Below, piece after piece: positions 23,392 to 31,524 of a stretch of DNA of 32,495 nt. The DNA is from Candidatus Limnocylindrales bacterium (GTDB lineage Bacteria > Chloroflexota > Limnocylindria > Limnocylindrales > CSP1-4), in the NCBI GenBank assembly GCA_038320305.1, contig JBBQEC010000002.1:1-32495 (forward strand), written 5' to 3'. The notes under the pieces are model-generated. The model worked only from the letters and a program-made list of their open reading frames with translations, did no database searches and had not been told where the DNA came from. Made by a program: the position numbers and the translations under genes. How positions within the stretch are numbered: position 1 is the stretch's first letter; the number at the start of each line of letters is the position of its first letter.

Positions 23392-25148
23392 GATGGGCCA
23401 GGCACCGGTGACGGCGGGATCGTGCGGGCTGGTGCTGGAGCCGGAGAGGGCGCGATGACCGTGACGTTGATGCGCGCGGGCTGGTCGGGCAGGTGATCGA
23501 CGAAGTCGGGCCACAGCGTGATGTCTGCAATGCCGAAGCTGGCCAGCGCGGCCCTGGCATCAACGAGCGCCTTGCCCCGAATCGCGATCATCAGCGCCTG
23601 TGGATCAGGGTCGGTGTACCCAAGCCCGCTGGCGTGGACGCTGTAGACGACCGTGTCGCCAACGACGGTGCCCCCGTCATGTTCCGCGTCGACGTCGTTA
23701 CCGACGAGCTTTTGGCCGGTGGCGAGCGAATCGCTCAAACGGGCGGCCGCGACCTGGTCAATCTGCGCTTCGTTTACGGCCGTCACATTGGCCGTGGCGT
23801 CAAGGGCGAGGTCGAAGCCGGGCTCAACGACACCGACGACGCTCGACGACTCCTGATCGGGCTGACCCGCACTCATCTGGACCGTCTGTGGGAACGCCAC
23901 GAGGCCGCGCGGCACACTCTGCGGGTCTGCCAGCGCAGTCTGGAGCGCGGCATCGAACTGGCCGCCCAATGTCGCCACGGCCGAGTCGTAGTCCTGCTGG
24001 GTGACTATCTGGTCTTCGGTGTGCTTGCCGCCCGTGGTCGGGTCGGGATTCGTGACGGTGATCACCTGCTCAGCGACGGCCGCAGGCACAACAGTGATCG
24101 TGCCTGCCCCTAAGTTTCCAGCCACGCCTCCCTTGACGGCACGCACATTGACGTCAGCCTGCGTGGGTCCCGTCTCGAACGATGCCTTGGGCACGATTGT
24201 GTCATCGAGCGTTACGAAATCGACCCCGTCGGTGGTCGAGACAACGGTGTTCCTTGGTATCGAAACTGGATTGACGGTGTTCTCGCCCTTGAATCGGACG
24301 CTGCCGGAGGCGCGCACGTCGTGAGCGTCTATGCCGGTGGCCGTGAATGATCCTGAGACGTGTATCGGCACGCTGATCTGTTGGGCCGGGATGACGCCCG
24401 CGACCGGATCTACGACTGCAACATTGGGATCGGCCGTGACGACGAATTGCGGGACGTCGATCTGGGTCGCCGTCGGTCGAAGCGTCACCGACGCTGTGGG
24501 CAGAAACACGTAGGCGCCAGAGCCGACGCCAGCGATCAGGAGTGCCACAAGACCAAGGACGAGCAGCGGGGCGACCGGGATACGCCGCTTTCTGCGAATA
24601 CGAGACGACGCTGCCGAATTGTCCGAAACCGCCGGCATCACGGCCGTGTCATACGGGGCAGGGTCAACGCGCTTCACTGCGCCAGGCATCCGCGAAGCAG
24701 GTCCGGCCGCTGCTGACCGCGTGCCACGGACATCGGTCGAGCCACGGACATCGGTCGAGCCGCGGGGCGGCAAGATCGAGGTCTGGCCGCCGCGGACGTT
24801 CGCGGCCGGATCGAGATGTGCCGGCGGCGAGGTCGGGCTGAGGCGCTCGGCGAGCTTTCGGTCCTGCTCCTGAAACGTCGTCAGTGCCTGCCCGGCCGAC
24901 GGGATCGAGTCATACGCAGGCACGCCGGCCGAGATCGCGAGGGCGCGGACCTGCGGCTCGTCGCTGACCGCGACGAGGTTCATCTGCCGCTCGGTGGCCT
25001 CGCGCGCCAGCAGCTTGAAATTGATGCGCGAGGTCGCGATCTTCGATCCGGGCGGCACCACGACGATCACATCTGGTTCGCGCACGGCACGAATACGCTT
25101 GATCGCGGTCGTGATCTCGTCGTCGACCTCGAGATAGCAGACTGCCAC
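23388..25148 (-). CDS. Uncharacterised 586-aa single-pass membrane protein. It has a ~85-aa cytosolic N-domain, a ~110-aa disordered linker, one TM, a ~370-aa Thr/Val/Gly-rich extracytoplasmic domain and a Pro-rich tail.
   Basis: GTG start 1 nt after the FtsA-like stop. N-domain: CYLEVDDEITTAIKRIRAVREPDVIVVVPPGSKIATSRINFKLLAREATERQMNLVAVSDEPQVRALAISAGVPAY. Stop-transfer RIRRKRR followed by TM IPVAPLLVLGLVALLIAGVGSGAYVF. The ectodomain contains VRAVKGGVAGNLGAGTIT, which is reminiscent of baseplate-J-like A.G..GN motifs (from memory only). Confidence 0.8.
   Translation of the reverse strand: MAVCYLEVDDEITTAIKRIRAVREPDVIVVVPPGSKIATSRINFKLLAREATERQMNLVAVSDEPQVRALAISAGVPAYDSIPSAGQALTTFQEQDRKLAERLSPTSPPAHLDPAANVRGGQTSILPPRGSTDVRGSTDVRGTRSAAAGPASRMPGAVKRVDPAPYDTAVMPAVSDNSAASSRIRRKRRIPVAPLLVLGLVALLIAGVGSGAYVFLPTASVTLRPTATQIDVPQFVVTADPNVAVVDPVAGVIPAQQISVPIHVSGSFTATGIDAHDVRASGSVRFKGENTVNPVSIPRNTVVSTTDGVDFVTLDDTIVPKASFETGPTQADVNVRAVKGGVAGNLGAGTITVVPAAVAEQVITVTNPDPTTGGKHTEDQIVTQQDYDSAVATLGGQFDAALQTALADPQSVPRGLVAFPQTVQMSAGQPDQESSSVVGVVEPGFDLALDATANVTAVNEAQIDQVAAARLSDSLATGQKLVGNDVDAEHDGGTVVGDTVVYSVHASGLGYTDPDPQALMIAIRGKALVDARAALASFGIADITLWPDFVDHLPDQPARINVTVIAPSPAPAPARTIPPSPVPGPS
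24724..24759 (-). repeat. Perfect 18-bp tandem duplication (2 copies) in the linker of the 586-aa protein
   Basis: ccacggacatcggtcgag occurs at 24724-24741 and again at 24742-24759. This encodes GSTDVR-GSTDVR. Confidence 0.9.
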
Positions 25149-25149
25149 G

Positions 25150-26448
25150 TCAGACCTTCATCTGGCGCAGCACGCGGCGCAGCGCGGCATCCAGCGGCGC
25201 TTCGGTCGCGCTCATCTCGAGCGCCTGATAAGCGAGTGCCATTGGCGTGATGTCCTGCTCGTCGACGAGCAACCCGGTCGCATCGGAGACGTGCGTGACC
25301 TGCTTGACCTTGATCGCCTCGACCTGCGGCGGGCGGGCGAAGGAGAGGTGCCGGGCAAGCTCAGGGTCGCGCAGGGCTGCACCGATCTGCGGCAACCGTG
25401 CGCCGCCGCCGCACACGTAGATCCGGCCGGGCAACATTCCCGAGCGCGCGAACTCCTCGAGCACGAGCTCGACGCCGGCCTGCCACACGGCGACGTCCTC
25501 GCCGATGATCTCGCCGATCTCGGCGCCATGATCGACCGCGACGCCCTTCGCGTAGTCGACCTTGAGATCCTCGGCACGGGCGAAGGGCAGGTCCATCCGA
25601 TCGGCCAGAGACTTGGTGAACGCACGACCGCCAAGGGCGAACATGCGCGTCCCTTCGATACCGCCCTGGCGCACGAGGGCGACATCCGTGGTCCCGCCTC
25701 CAACATCGATGAACAGGGCGCCGTGCTGCTGGACGTGCTCGTCATCCAGGCAGCGCGCGACCGCGTATGGCTCGGCCACGATCGCGACCAGGTCAAGATC
25801 GAGCATGCTCGCGACCGTTTGCAGGGCTCCCAGATGGATCAGCGGCGCGAAGGCGTTGAAGACATTGATTCGTACGTGCCGGCCATGGAAGCCGACCGGG
25901 TTGGTGACGGCATAGCCGTCGATCGTGGCGCCAGTGACAGCGGCATGAACCAACCTGATGTCGACGTTGGGCAGCCCGGTCTCCCAGGTCACGGTTCGCT
26001 CTGCTTCGCGCAGTGCGTCCTTTTGGACGCTCTCGATCAGCGAGTCGAGCTCGCGTGCGGTCAGCTGCTGGTCGGGATGCTTGCGTTCCTGGCTGACGCT
26101 CGTCGTGAAGCCCTTCACGAGCTCACCGGCGATGCCGATTATGACCTGGGTCGAGCGGAAGCCGGCCATCTCCTCTGCTTCCTGCAGTGCCACCTGGCAG
26201 TTGTCAACGACCGCCGCGATGTCGGCAACGGTGCCCGATTGCATGTGCGCGAGACCCTGCCGCTTGCGGCCCACGCCACGGACAGTGGCCTGGCCGTCGT
26301 CGTCAATGTCGAAGACGAGCGCCTTGGCAAACTCGGTGCCAACGTCCAGCGCGGTGCACGCAGCCAGCCTTCCGCCGTCCGCGCGTTGGAGGAAGCGGCG
26401 CCAGAAAGCCACCCTAGGCGGCGCCGATTCCCGTGGCTTGTGATCCAT
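25150..26448 (-). CDS. FtsA-like actin-superfamily ATPase with a basic amphipathic-looking C-terminus
   Basis: Phosphate-1: ALDVGTEFAKALVFDI. FtsA-like block: GTVADIAAVVDNCQVALQEAEEMAG...VIIGIAGELV. Further motifs: IVAEPYAVARCL, phosphate-2 ALFIDVGGGTTDVALV, GGRAFTKSLA...ARAEDLKVDY, adenosine IYVCGGGARLPQIG. C-terminus: PLDAALRRVLRQMKV. Start is ambiguous between ATG 26448 (35-nt overlap with alaS) and GTG 26412 (1 nt after the alaS TAG). The longest ORF to 26631 is rejected. Confidence 0.8.
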   Translation of the reverse strand: MDHKPRESAPPRVAFWRRFLQRADGGRLAACTALDVGTEFAKALVFDIDDDGQATVRGVGRKRQGLAHMQSGTVADIAAVVDNCQVALQEAEEMAGFRSTQVIIGIAGELVKGFTTSVSQERKHPDQQLTARELDSLIESVQKDALREAERTVTWETGLPNVDIRLVHAAVTGATIDGYAVTNPVGFHGRHVRINVFNAFAPLIHLGALQTVASMLDLDLVAIVAEPYAVARCLDDEHVQQHGALFIDVGGGTTDVALVRQGGIEGTRMFALGGRAFTKSLADRMDLPFARAEDLKVDYAKGVAVDHGAEIGEIIGEDVAVWQAGVELVLEEFARSGMLPGRIYVCGGGARLPQIGAALRDPELARHLSFARPPQVEAIKVKQVTHVSDATGLLVDEQDITPMALAYQALEMSATEAPLDAALRRVLRQMKV

Positions 26449-29227
26449 CACCGTCGCGCAACGTCTGCTCGAGGCTTTCGCGGATTGCCGTGAGCGCACT
26501 CGGCAGCCGATCGCGACGCGTACCGCGTGCCTGGGCCATCTCCGGTTTGCCGCCGCCGCGGCCTTCGAAAACGAGCGCGCCGTGGCTGACAAGCGTGCCC
26601 GCGGATACGCCGCGCGACACCAGGTCGTCACTGACCGTCACGAACAACTGCGGCTCGTCCGACTCCAAGCCCAGGGCAATGACTCCGTCACCGAGCTCGG
26701 CGCGCAGCGCGCGGGCAAACGACTGCAGATCTTTCATCGAGTCGAATTCGGACGAATAGGAGACGAACTTCGCGCCGCCGACCGGCAGCGCGCTGCGTGC
26801 GAGATCTGTTGGTTGGCGGCCGTTGCCCCCCGAGCGCAGCCGGCGCTCGAGGTCCTTGTTGCGTTCGTGCATCTCGCGCACGCGATCAGGCAGGGCCTCC
26901 GGGCTCCGCGCGCCGGCTTCGTTGGTGGCGCGATCCAAAAGAGCGACTCGCGCATCGAGGTAGGCATCCGCGGCGTCACCGGTGAGCGCCTCGATGCGCC
27001 GCATGCCACTGCCCACCGATCGTTCGCCCGTGATCACGAAGCCGCCGATCTGGCCGGAGGCTACGCAATGCGTGCCGCCACACAGCTCGCGACTGAAGCT
27101 GTCGACGAATACGACGCGCACCTTCTCGCCGTATTTCTCATTGAAGAACGCATCGGCGCCCTCCCTGATCGCATCGGCCATGCTCATTAACCGGGGCGTG
27201 ACCGGGCGGTTGTCGCGCACCACGCGGCGCACCTCGGCCTCGATCTGGCGCTTCTCGTCGTCCGTCAGTGGCCGGTCGCCGTGGTAGTCGAAACGGAGGT
27301 AGTCGGGCGTGACAAGCGAGCCGGCCTGGCGCGCCTGGTCCCCGACCGTGTTGCGCAGCGCGCGGTGCAAAAGGTGCGTGCCGGTGTGATTGCGCATCGT
27401 CCGCGCGCGTCGCTCGGTGTCGACCTCCGCGCTCAACGTGTCGCCGACGGCCACTCGGCCATGCAGCCGTCCGCGCATGACGATCAGCCCCGGCACCGGC
27501 CGCTGAGTGTCTTCGACCGTGAACAGGACATTGCCCTCGGCACCATTGAGCACGCCTCGGTCGCCGACCTGGCCGCCACCTTCGGCATAGAACGGCGTCT
27601 GATCCAGGACGATCTCTGCCGCGGCGTCGGCGGGCGCGCGCAGCTCGGCTTCAGGCATCGCCTCGAGCCGCTCATATTCGATTCCGTCGCGCAGGATCGC
27701 CTTCACAACACCCGGCGCCGATGTCGTCTCGTAACCCAGGAACCTGGTCTCGCCCGAGGTGGACGCGACCTGTGCATACAGCGCTTGCATCTCTGCTTGC
27801 CCGGCCATATCAACCCTGCGACCGCCGCGCGACCGTTCGCGCTGCTCGCCAAGGGCGTGATCGAAGCCCTCGCGGTCCACGCGCACTCCGTATTCGGCGG
27901 CAAGCTCCACGGTCAGATCGATCGGGAAGCCATATGTGTCGTGCAGTCGAAACGCGACGTCGCCGGGCAGCACGGGCGCGTCGCCGCCGAGCTCGTCAGC
28001 CGATCGACCAACGACGCGCTCGGCGGATGTCAGCGGGATGAGCGCCTCTTCGAACAGGACCACTCCAGCGTCCAGCGTTCGCTGGAACTGGCGCTCCTCG
28101 GCCGCGACAACTCCGTAGATCTCCTTGCGCCGCTCCTCGATGAACGGGTACGCAACGCCCATCGTGTCGATGACGACGCCCGAAAGATCTGCGAGAAACG
28201 GTTCCATGCGCCCCAGCAACCGGCCGTGGCGCACGGCGCGTCGAAGGATGCGACGCATGACGTAGCCGCGCCCTTCGTTCGAGGGCCGGATGCCATCGGC
28301 GGCGAGGAACGTCAGCGCGCGGACGTGATCGGCGATGACCTGGTAGCTGAAGCGCTCGGCCTGGAACGTCTCTGGGTCGTGGCCGAGGGCGTTGCGCATC
28401 CACGCGTGAATCGGCGCGAACAAATCCGTGTCGTAGTTGGTTGGCACATCCTGCAGGACGCTGGCCAGCCGCTCGAAGCCCATGCCGGTATCGACGCTCT
28501 TGAACGGCAGCGGCGTTCGTCCGCCAGGCTGCTGGTCGAACTCCATGAAGACGAGGTTCCAGATCTCGAGCCAACGCGGGCAGGTTTCCGAGTGGTCGGG
28601 CACGCAGTGCGGCCCTTCGCTCAGATGGGCGCCGCGGTCGTAGTGGAGCTCGCTGCACGGCCCGCACGGACCCGTATCCGCCATGCGCCAGAAGTTGTGA
28701 TCGTCGCCCTTGTCAGCATCGCCCCAGCGCGCCATGCGCTCCTCGGGCATGCCGATCTCGTCGCGCCAGATGTTCCATGCCTCGTCGTCATAGGTGTAGG
28801 TCGTTGCACCGATGCGCTCGAACGGGATCTTGTAGACCTGCGTCAACAGCTCCATCGCCCAGTGAATGGCTTCGCGCTTGAAGTAGTCGCCGAAGCTCCA
28901 GTTGCCGAGCATCTCGAAGAACGTGTGGTGCCGGGGAGTGCGCCCGACCTCCTCGAAGTCGTTGTGTTTTCCCGCGACGCGCAGGCAGCGCTGGACATCG
29001 ACCGCACGCTTGTAGGAACGTGTCTCGGCACCGGTCAAAACGTCCTTGAACTGGACCATGCCCGAGTTCGTGAAGAGCAAGGTCTGGTCGCCGGCGGGCA
29101 CGAGTGACGCGCTGGGCACGATCGTATGGCCGCGCTCGGCGAAGAAGTCAAGGAAGTGCTGGCGGATCTCCGCAGCAGGCATGCTCGGAATGTCCGCGCC
29201 CTCACCGCGGAGCGTGACGTCTGGCAT
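26414..29227 (-). CDS. alaS: Alanine--tRNA ligase
   Basis: Motifs: EIRQHFLDFFAERGHTIVPSASLVP, LLFTNSGMVQFKD, HHTFFEMLGNWSFGDYFK, editing-domain MRNHTGTHLLHRAL and CGGTHC, plus a C-terminal DHHA1-like end. The ATG at 29182 (MPAAEIRQ...) is an equally plausible start. Confidence 0.96.
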   Translation of the reverse strand: MPDVTLRGEGADIPSMPAAEIRQHFLDFFAERGHTIVPSASLVPAGDQTLLFTNSGMVQFKDVLTGAETRSYKRAVDVQRCLRVAGKHNDFEEVGRTPRHHTFFEMLGNWSFGDYFKREAIHWAMELLTQVYKIPFERIGATTYTYDDEAWNIWRDEIGMPEERMARWGDADKGDDHNFWRMADTGPCGPCSELHYDRGAHLSEGPHCVPDHSETCPRWLEIWNLVFMEFDQQPGGRTPLPFKSVDTGMGFERLASVLQDVPTNYDTDLFAPIHAWMRNALGHDPETFQAERFSYQVIADHVRALTFLAADGIRPSNEGRGYVMRRILRRAVRHGRLLGRMEPFLADLSGVVIDTMGVAYPFIEERRKEIYGVVAAEERQFQRTLDAGVVLFEEALIPLTSAERVVGRSADELGGDAPVLPGDVAFRLHDTYGFPIDLTVELAAEYGVRVDREGFDHALGEQRERSRGGRRVDMAGQAEMQALYAQVASTSGETRFLGYETTSAPGVVKAILRDGIEYERLEAMPEAELRAPADAAAEIVLDQTPFYAEGGGQVGDRGVLNGAEGNVLFTVEDTQRPVPGLIVMRGRLHGRVAVGDTLSAEVDTERRARTMRNHTGTHLLHRALRNTVGDQARQAGSLVTPDYLRFDYHGDRPLTDDEKRQIEAEVRRVVRDNRPVTPRLMSMADAIREGADAFFNEKYGEKVRVVFVDSFSRELCGGTHCVASGQIGGFVITGERSVGSGMRRIEALTGDAADAYLDARVALLDRATNEAGARSPEALPDRVREMHERNKDLERRLRSGGNGRQPTDLARSALPVGGAKFVSYSSEFDSMKDLQSFARALRAELGDGVIALGLESDEPQLFVTVSDDLVSRGVSAGTLVSHGALVFEGRGGGKPEMAQARGTRRDRLPSALTAIRESLEQTLRDGDGSQATGIGAA

Positions 29228-29283
29228 TGCCTAAGAGTAGGCGAAAGACGGCCACGGCCGATGATCGGTAGGGGCCCTTCCAT

Positions 29284-29577
29284 TTGCCCGTCGGGTCATC
29301 CACATCGGTGCACCCGATCAACCGTCCAGCGGCCGCGCCAGGTCTGGTTCGTTATTTGCGCCGCCATTGCAGCGCGCCATGTACGGCTCTCGGAACGCAG
29401 CTTGGGCGGCCATTTCAGGCTCGCGTGCTGCGCGGCTGGGGTGAGACGCTCTGTGCCGCAGGTCTTCAGGAAGATGGGAACAAGACACTGCGCGCCGCGC
29501 TCGAATTGTTTGACTCCCTCGGGATCAAACGCGAGGCAGGCGAAGTCCGAAGGTCTCTGGCGACCGCCACGAGCTAG
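29284..29577 (+). pseudogene. Possible 3' remnant of a TPR/helical-repeat regulator gene, or a small orphan ORF with no ATG
   Basis: The last ~55 codons read LGRPFQARVLRGWGETLCAAGLQEDGNKTLRAALELFDSLGIKREAGEVRRSLA. This is typical of a terminal TPR-like helical hairpin. The frame is closed by TAG at 29269 and has no in-frame ATG. It is the only ORF in a 346-bp gap. Confidence 0.3.
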
Positions 29578-30125
29578 TCCGACGTCTTGTCGGTGTCCTC
29601 GTCGGCGGTGGACGTCGGCGCTTGGCCAGAGCCGAGCAGCATGGTCTTGGCCGGCTCCGATTCGTCGTCATCGTCGCGACCCTTGCCAGCCCTGCGCTGA
29701 ACACCACGTCTGAGCCTGTCGGCGCCGCTGGCTACGGCGCGGCCGGCAGCGCCGGCCGCGCGCTTGGCACGGTCCATCGCTGCGGCAGGACCGCGGACGA
29801 TGTCCTCGGCTGTTTCGGCCGTCGCGCGGAGGGACTGGACCGTCGCCTCGCCATCGTCGAGCAGCGCATCGACGCGCATCAAGCGCGGCCCGAGCTCGTC
29901 TGAGACGCGATTGAGGTTGGTAGCTGTCTGGCGCAGCTCCTTCAGGGTCTGGGGCAGGTCTTCACGCAGCGCGGCGGCGACGCCGTCGAGTGAACGGCTC
30001 ACGCGGCCAACGTCGCGCGCGACGCGCCCCAACGCGACGGCCGCGATGAGGGCGGCGAGAGCGACCGCGATCAGCGCGGCGACGGCCGCAGCAGCGACGA
30101 TGGCATTGACTGTTTCGGTATTCAT
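29574..30125 (-). CDS. N-terminally membrane-anchored coiled-coil protein (DUF948-like) with an acidic C-terminal tail
   Basis: Start set at ATG 30125 (ATGA overlap). TM: AIVAAAAVAALIAVALAALIAAVALG. Heptad-like region: LREDLPQTLKELRQTATNLNRVSDELGPRLMRVDALLDDGEATVQSL. Tail: GRDDDDESEP...TADEDTDKTSD. The DUF948 call is from memory. Confidence 0.6.
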   Translation of the reverse strand: MNTETVNAIVAAAAVAALIAVALAALIAAVALGRVARDVGRVSRSLDGVAAALREDLPQTLKELRQTATNLNRVSDELGPRLMRVDALLDDGEATVQSLRATAETAEDIVRGPAAAMDRAKRAAGAAGRAVASGADRLRRGVQRRAGKGRDDDDESEPAKTMLLGSGQAPTSTADEDTDKTSD

Positions 30126-30415
30126 TGGCCCTGGCTTCCCCTCGAAGGCGACAAAGTGCTGGCGGCAACAATCAGGATGATGCCAAGGCATGAAAGCGCT
30201 GTCGACCAGACAAGGCCGAAGTCGCCGATCTGCAACGGATCGCCCAGGCGCAGCGCCATTGCCTGCCCGGCGAACGCGCCCAGTATCGCGGCCAATCCGA
30301 CGAACAACACGCGCACCCCGGCAGTGCCGCGCACGAACAGGTACAGGCCCGTGTTGAACACGCCCAGCAGCAGGGCCAGCACGGGAGCCGGGCCGATGTC
30401 AGGCACGCGTGTCAC
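30122..30415 (-). CDS. Small (~97-aa) hydrophobic protein with about 3 predicted TM helices
   Basis: GTG 30415 in a GTGA overlap with the mnmA stop. Hydrophobic segments: [60 protein letters not shown]. The longest ORF overlaps mnmA and is rejected. Confidence 0.55.
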   Translation of the reverse strand: MTRVPDIGPAPVLALLLGVFNTGLYLFVRGTAGVRVLFVGLAAILGAFAGQAMALRLGDPLQIGDFGLVWSTALSCLGIILIVAASTLSPSRGSQGQ

Positions 30416-31524
30416 CCCGCAGGATGTGGCTGCGCCGCGATTCGGCCGCCGCCGATCACCTCGTCGGCTGCATAAAACACGGCCGCCTGGCCCGGCGCCG
30501 GTGCCCACGCAGGCTCGTCCAGCTGCACCGACCAACCTCCGGAGCGCATCCGACTGACCGTCCCGGGCACCGGTGCCGCGCGGTGGCGGATGCGGACCCT
30601 CGCCGAGAACGAATCGGCCGGCGCATGACCGCCGACGAACGAGGCACTCTCCAGCTCGAAGTCGCGGATGTACAGATCCTCGCGCCGACCGAGCGTGACG
30701 ATGTTGGTCGTGGCATCGATCGACGATACGTAGCGCGGCTCGCCCAGCGCCACGCCCAGGCCCTGGCGCTGACCGACCGTATACGCGGCCGCACCACGAT
30801 GCGCGCCGACCACACTGCCGTCAGCATCGACCAACGGACCCGGCTCCCCGGTCCAGCCGGCGCGCGTTCGCAGCGCCGTCCGATAGTCGCCGCCGGGCAC
30901 GAAGCAGATCTCCTGGCTCTCAGGCTTCTCGGCCGTGGCCAGGCCGTGCCGTCGGGCAACGTCGCGCACCTGGGGCTTGGTCAGCTCGCCGAGCGGGAAG
31001 ATCGTCCGCGCCAGCTGGTCCTGGCGCAGGCCGTACAGGAAGTAGGACTGATCCTTGTCCGCGTCGAGTCCGCTCAGCAGTCGGTAGCGTCGGCCGCCCG
31101 GAGCGTCGGCGTCCTCGAGAGCATCCACCCGAGCATAGTGCCCGGTCGCCACCGCATCGCAGTCGAACTGGCGCAGCGCGCGCCCGAGCAGCGCGCCGAA
31201 CTTGACGAATGAGTTGCAGTCGATGCACGGGCTTGGCGTGCGCCCTTCGAGATACGCGTTGAGGAACGGGCGCATGACGCCGGCCTCGAACTCGCGCTCA
31301 AGATTGAGCACGTAAAACGGGATGCCGAGCTGTCCTGCAACGCGACGGGCATCGTCTGCGGCATCCAGGGAGCAGCAGCTCTTCTTGAACTCACTGTACG
31401 AATCGGCGACATCGTGCAGGCGCAGCCAGACGCCGACCGTATCAACGCCCGAGTCGGCCAGCAACGCGGCCGCTACGGATGAATCGACGCCGCCCGACAT
31501 GGCGACCAGGATCCGGCCGCTCAC
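30412..31524 (-). CDS. mnmA: tRNA 2-thiouridine(34) synthase MnmA
   Basis: Start set at GTG 31524 (GTGA overlap with the desulfurase stop): [22 protein letters not shown] (PP-loop). Also a [14 protein letters not shown] block, CIDCN, ATGHYAR, DQSYFL. The 441-aa longest ORF is rejected. Confidence 0.93.
   Translation of the reverse strand: MSGRILVAMSGGVDSSVAAALLADSGVDTVGVWLRLHDVADSYSEFKKSCCSLDAADDARRVAGQLGIPFYVLNLEREFEAGVMRPFLNAYLEGRTPSPCIDCNSFVKFGALLGRALRQFDCDAVATGHYARVDALEDADAPGGRRYRLLSGLDADKDQSYFLYGLRQDQLARTIFPLGELTKPQVRDVARRHGLATAEKPESQEICFVPGGDYRTALRTRAGWTGEPGPLVDADGSVVGAHRGAAAYTVGQRQGLGVALGEPRYVSSIDATTNIVTLGRREDLYIRDFELESASFVGGHAPADSFSARVRIRHRAAPVPGTVSRMRSGGWSVQLDEPAWAPAPGQAAVFYAADEVIGGGRIAAQPHPAG

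Noticed and set aside
29228-29420. T-box leader or other riboswitch upstream of alaS
   Set aside because: No T-box sequence (GGUGGUACCGCG-like) or specifier-loop architecture is recognisable on the minus strand.
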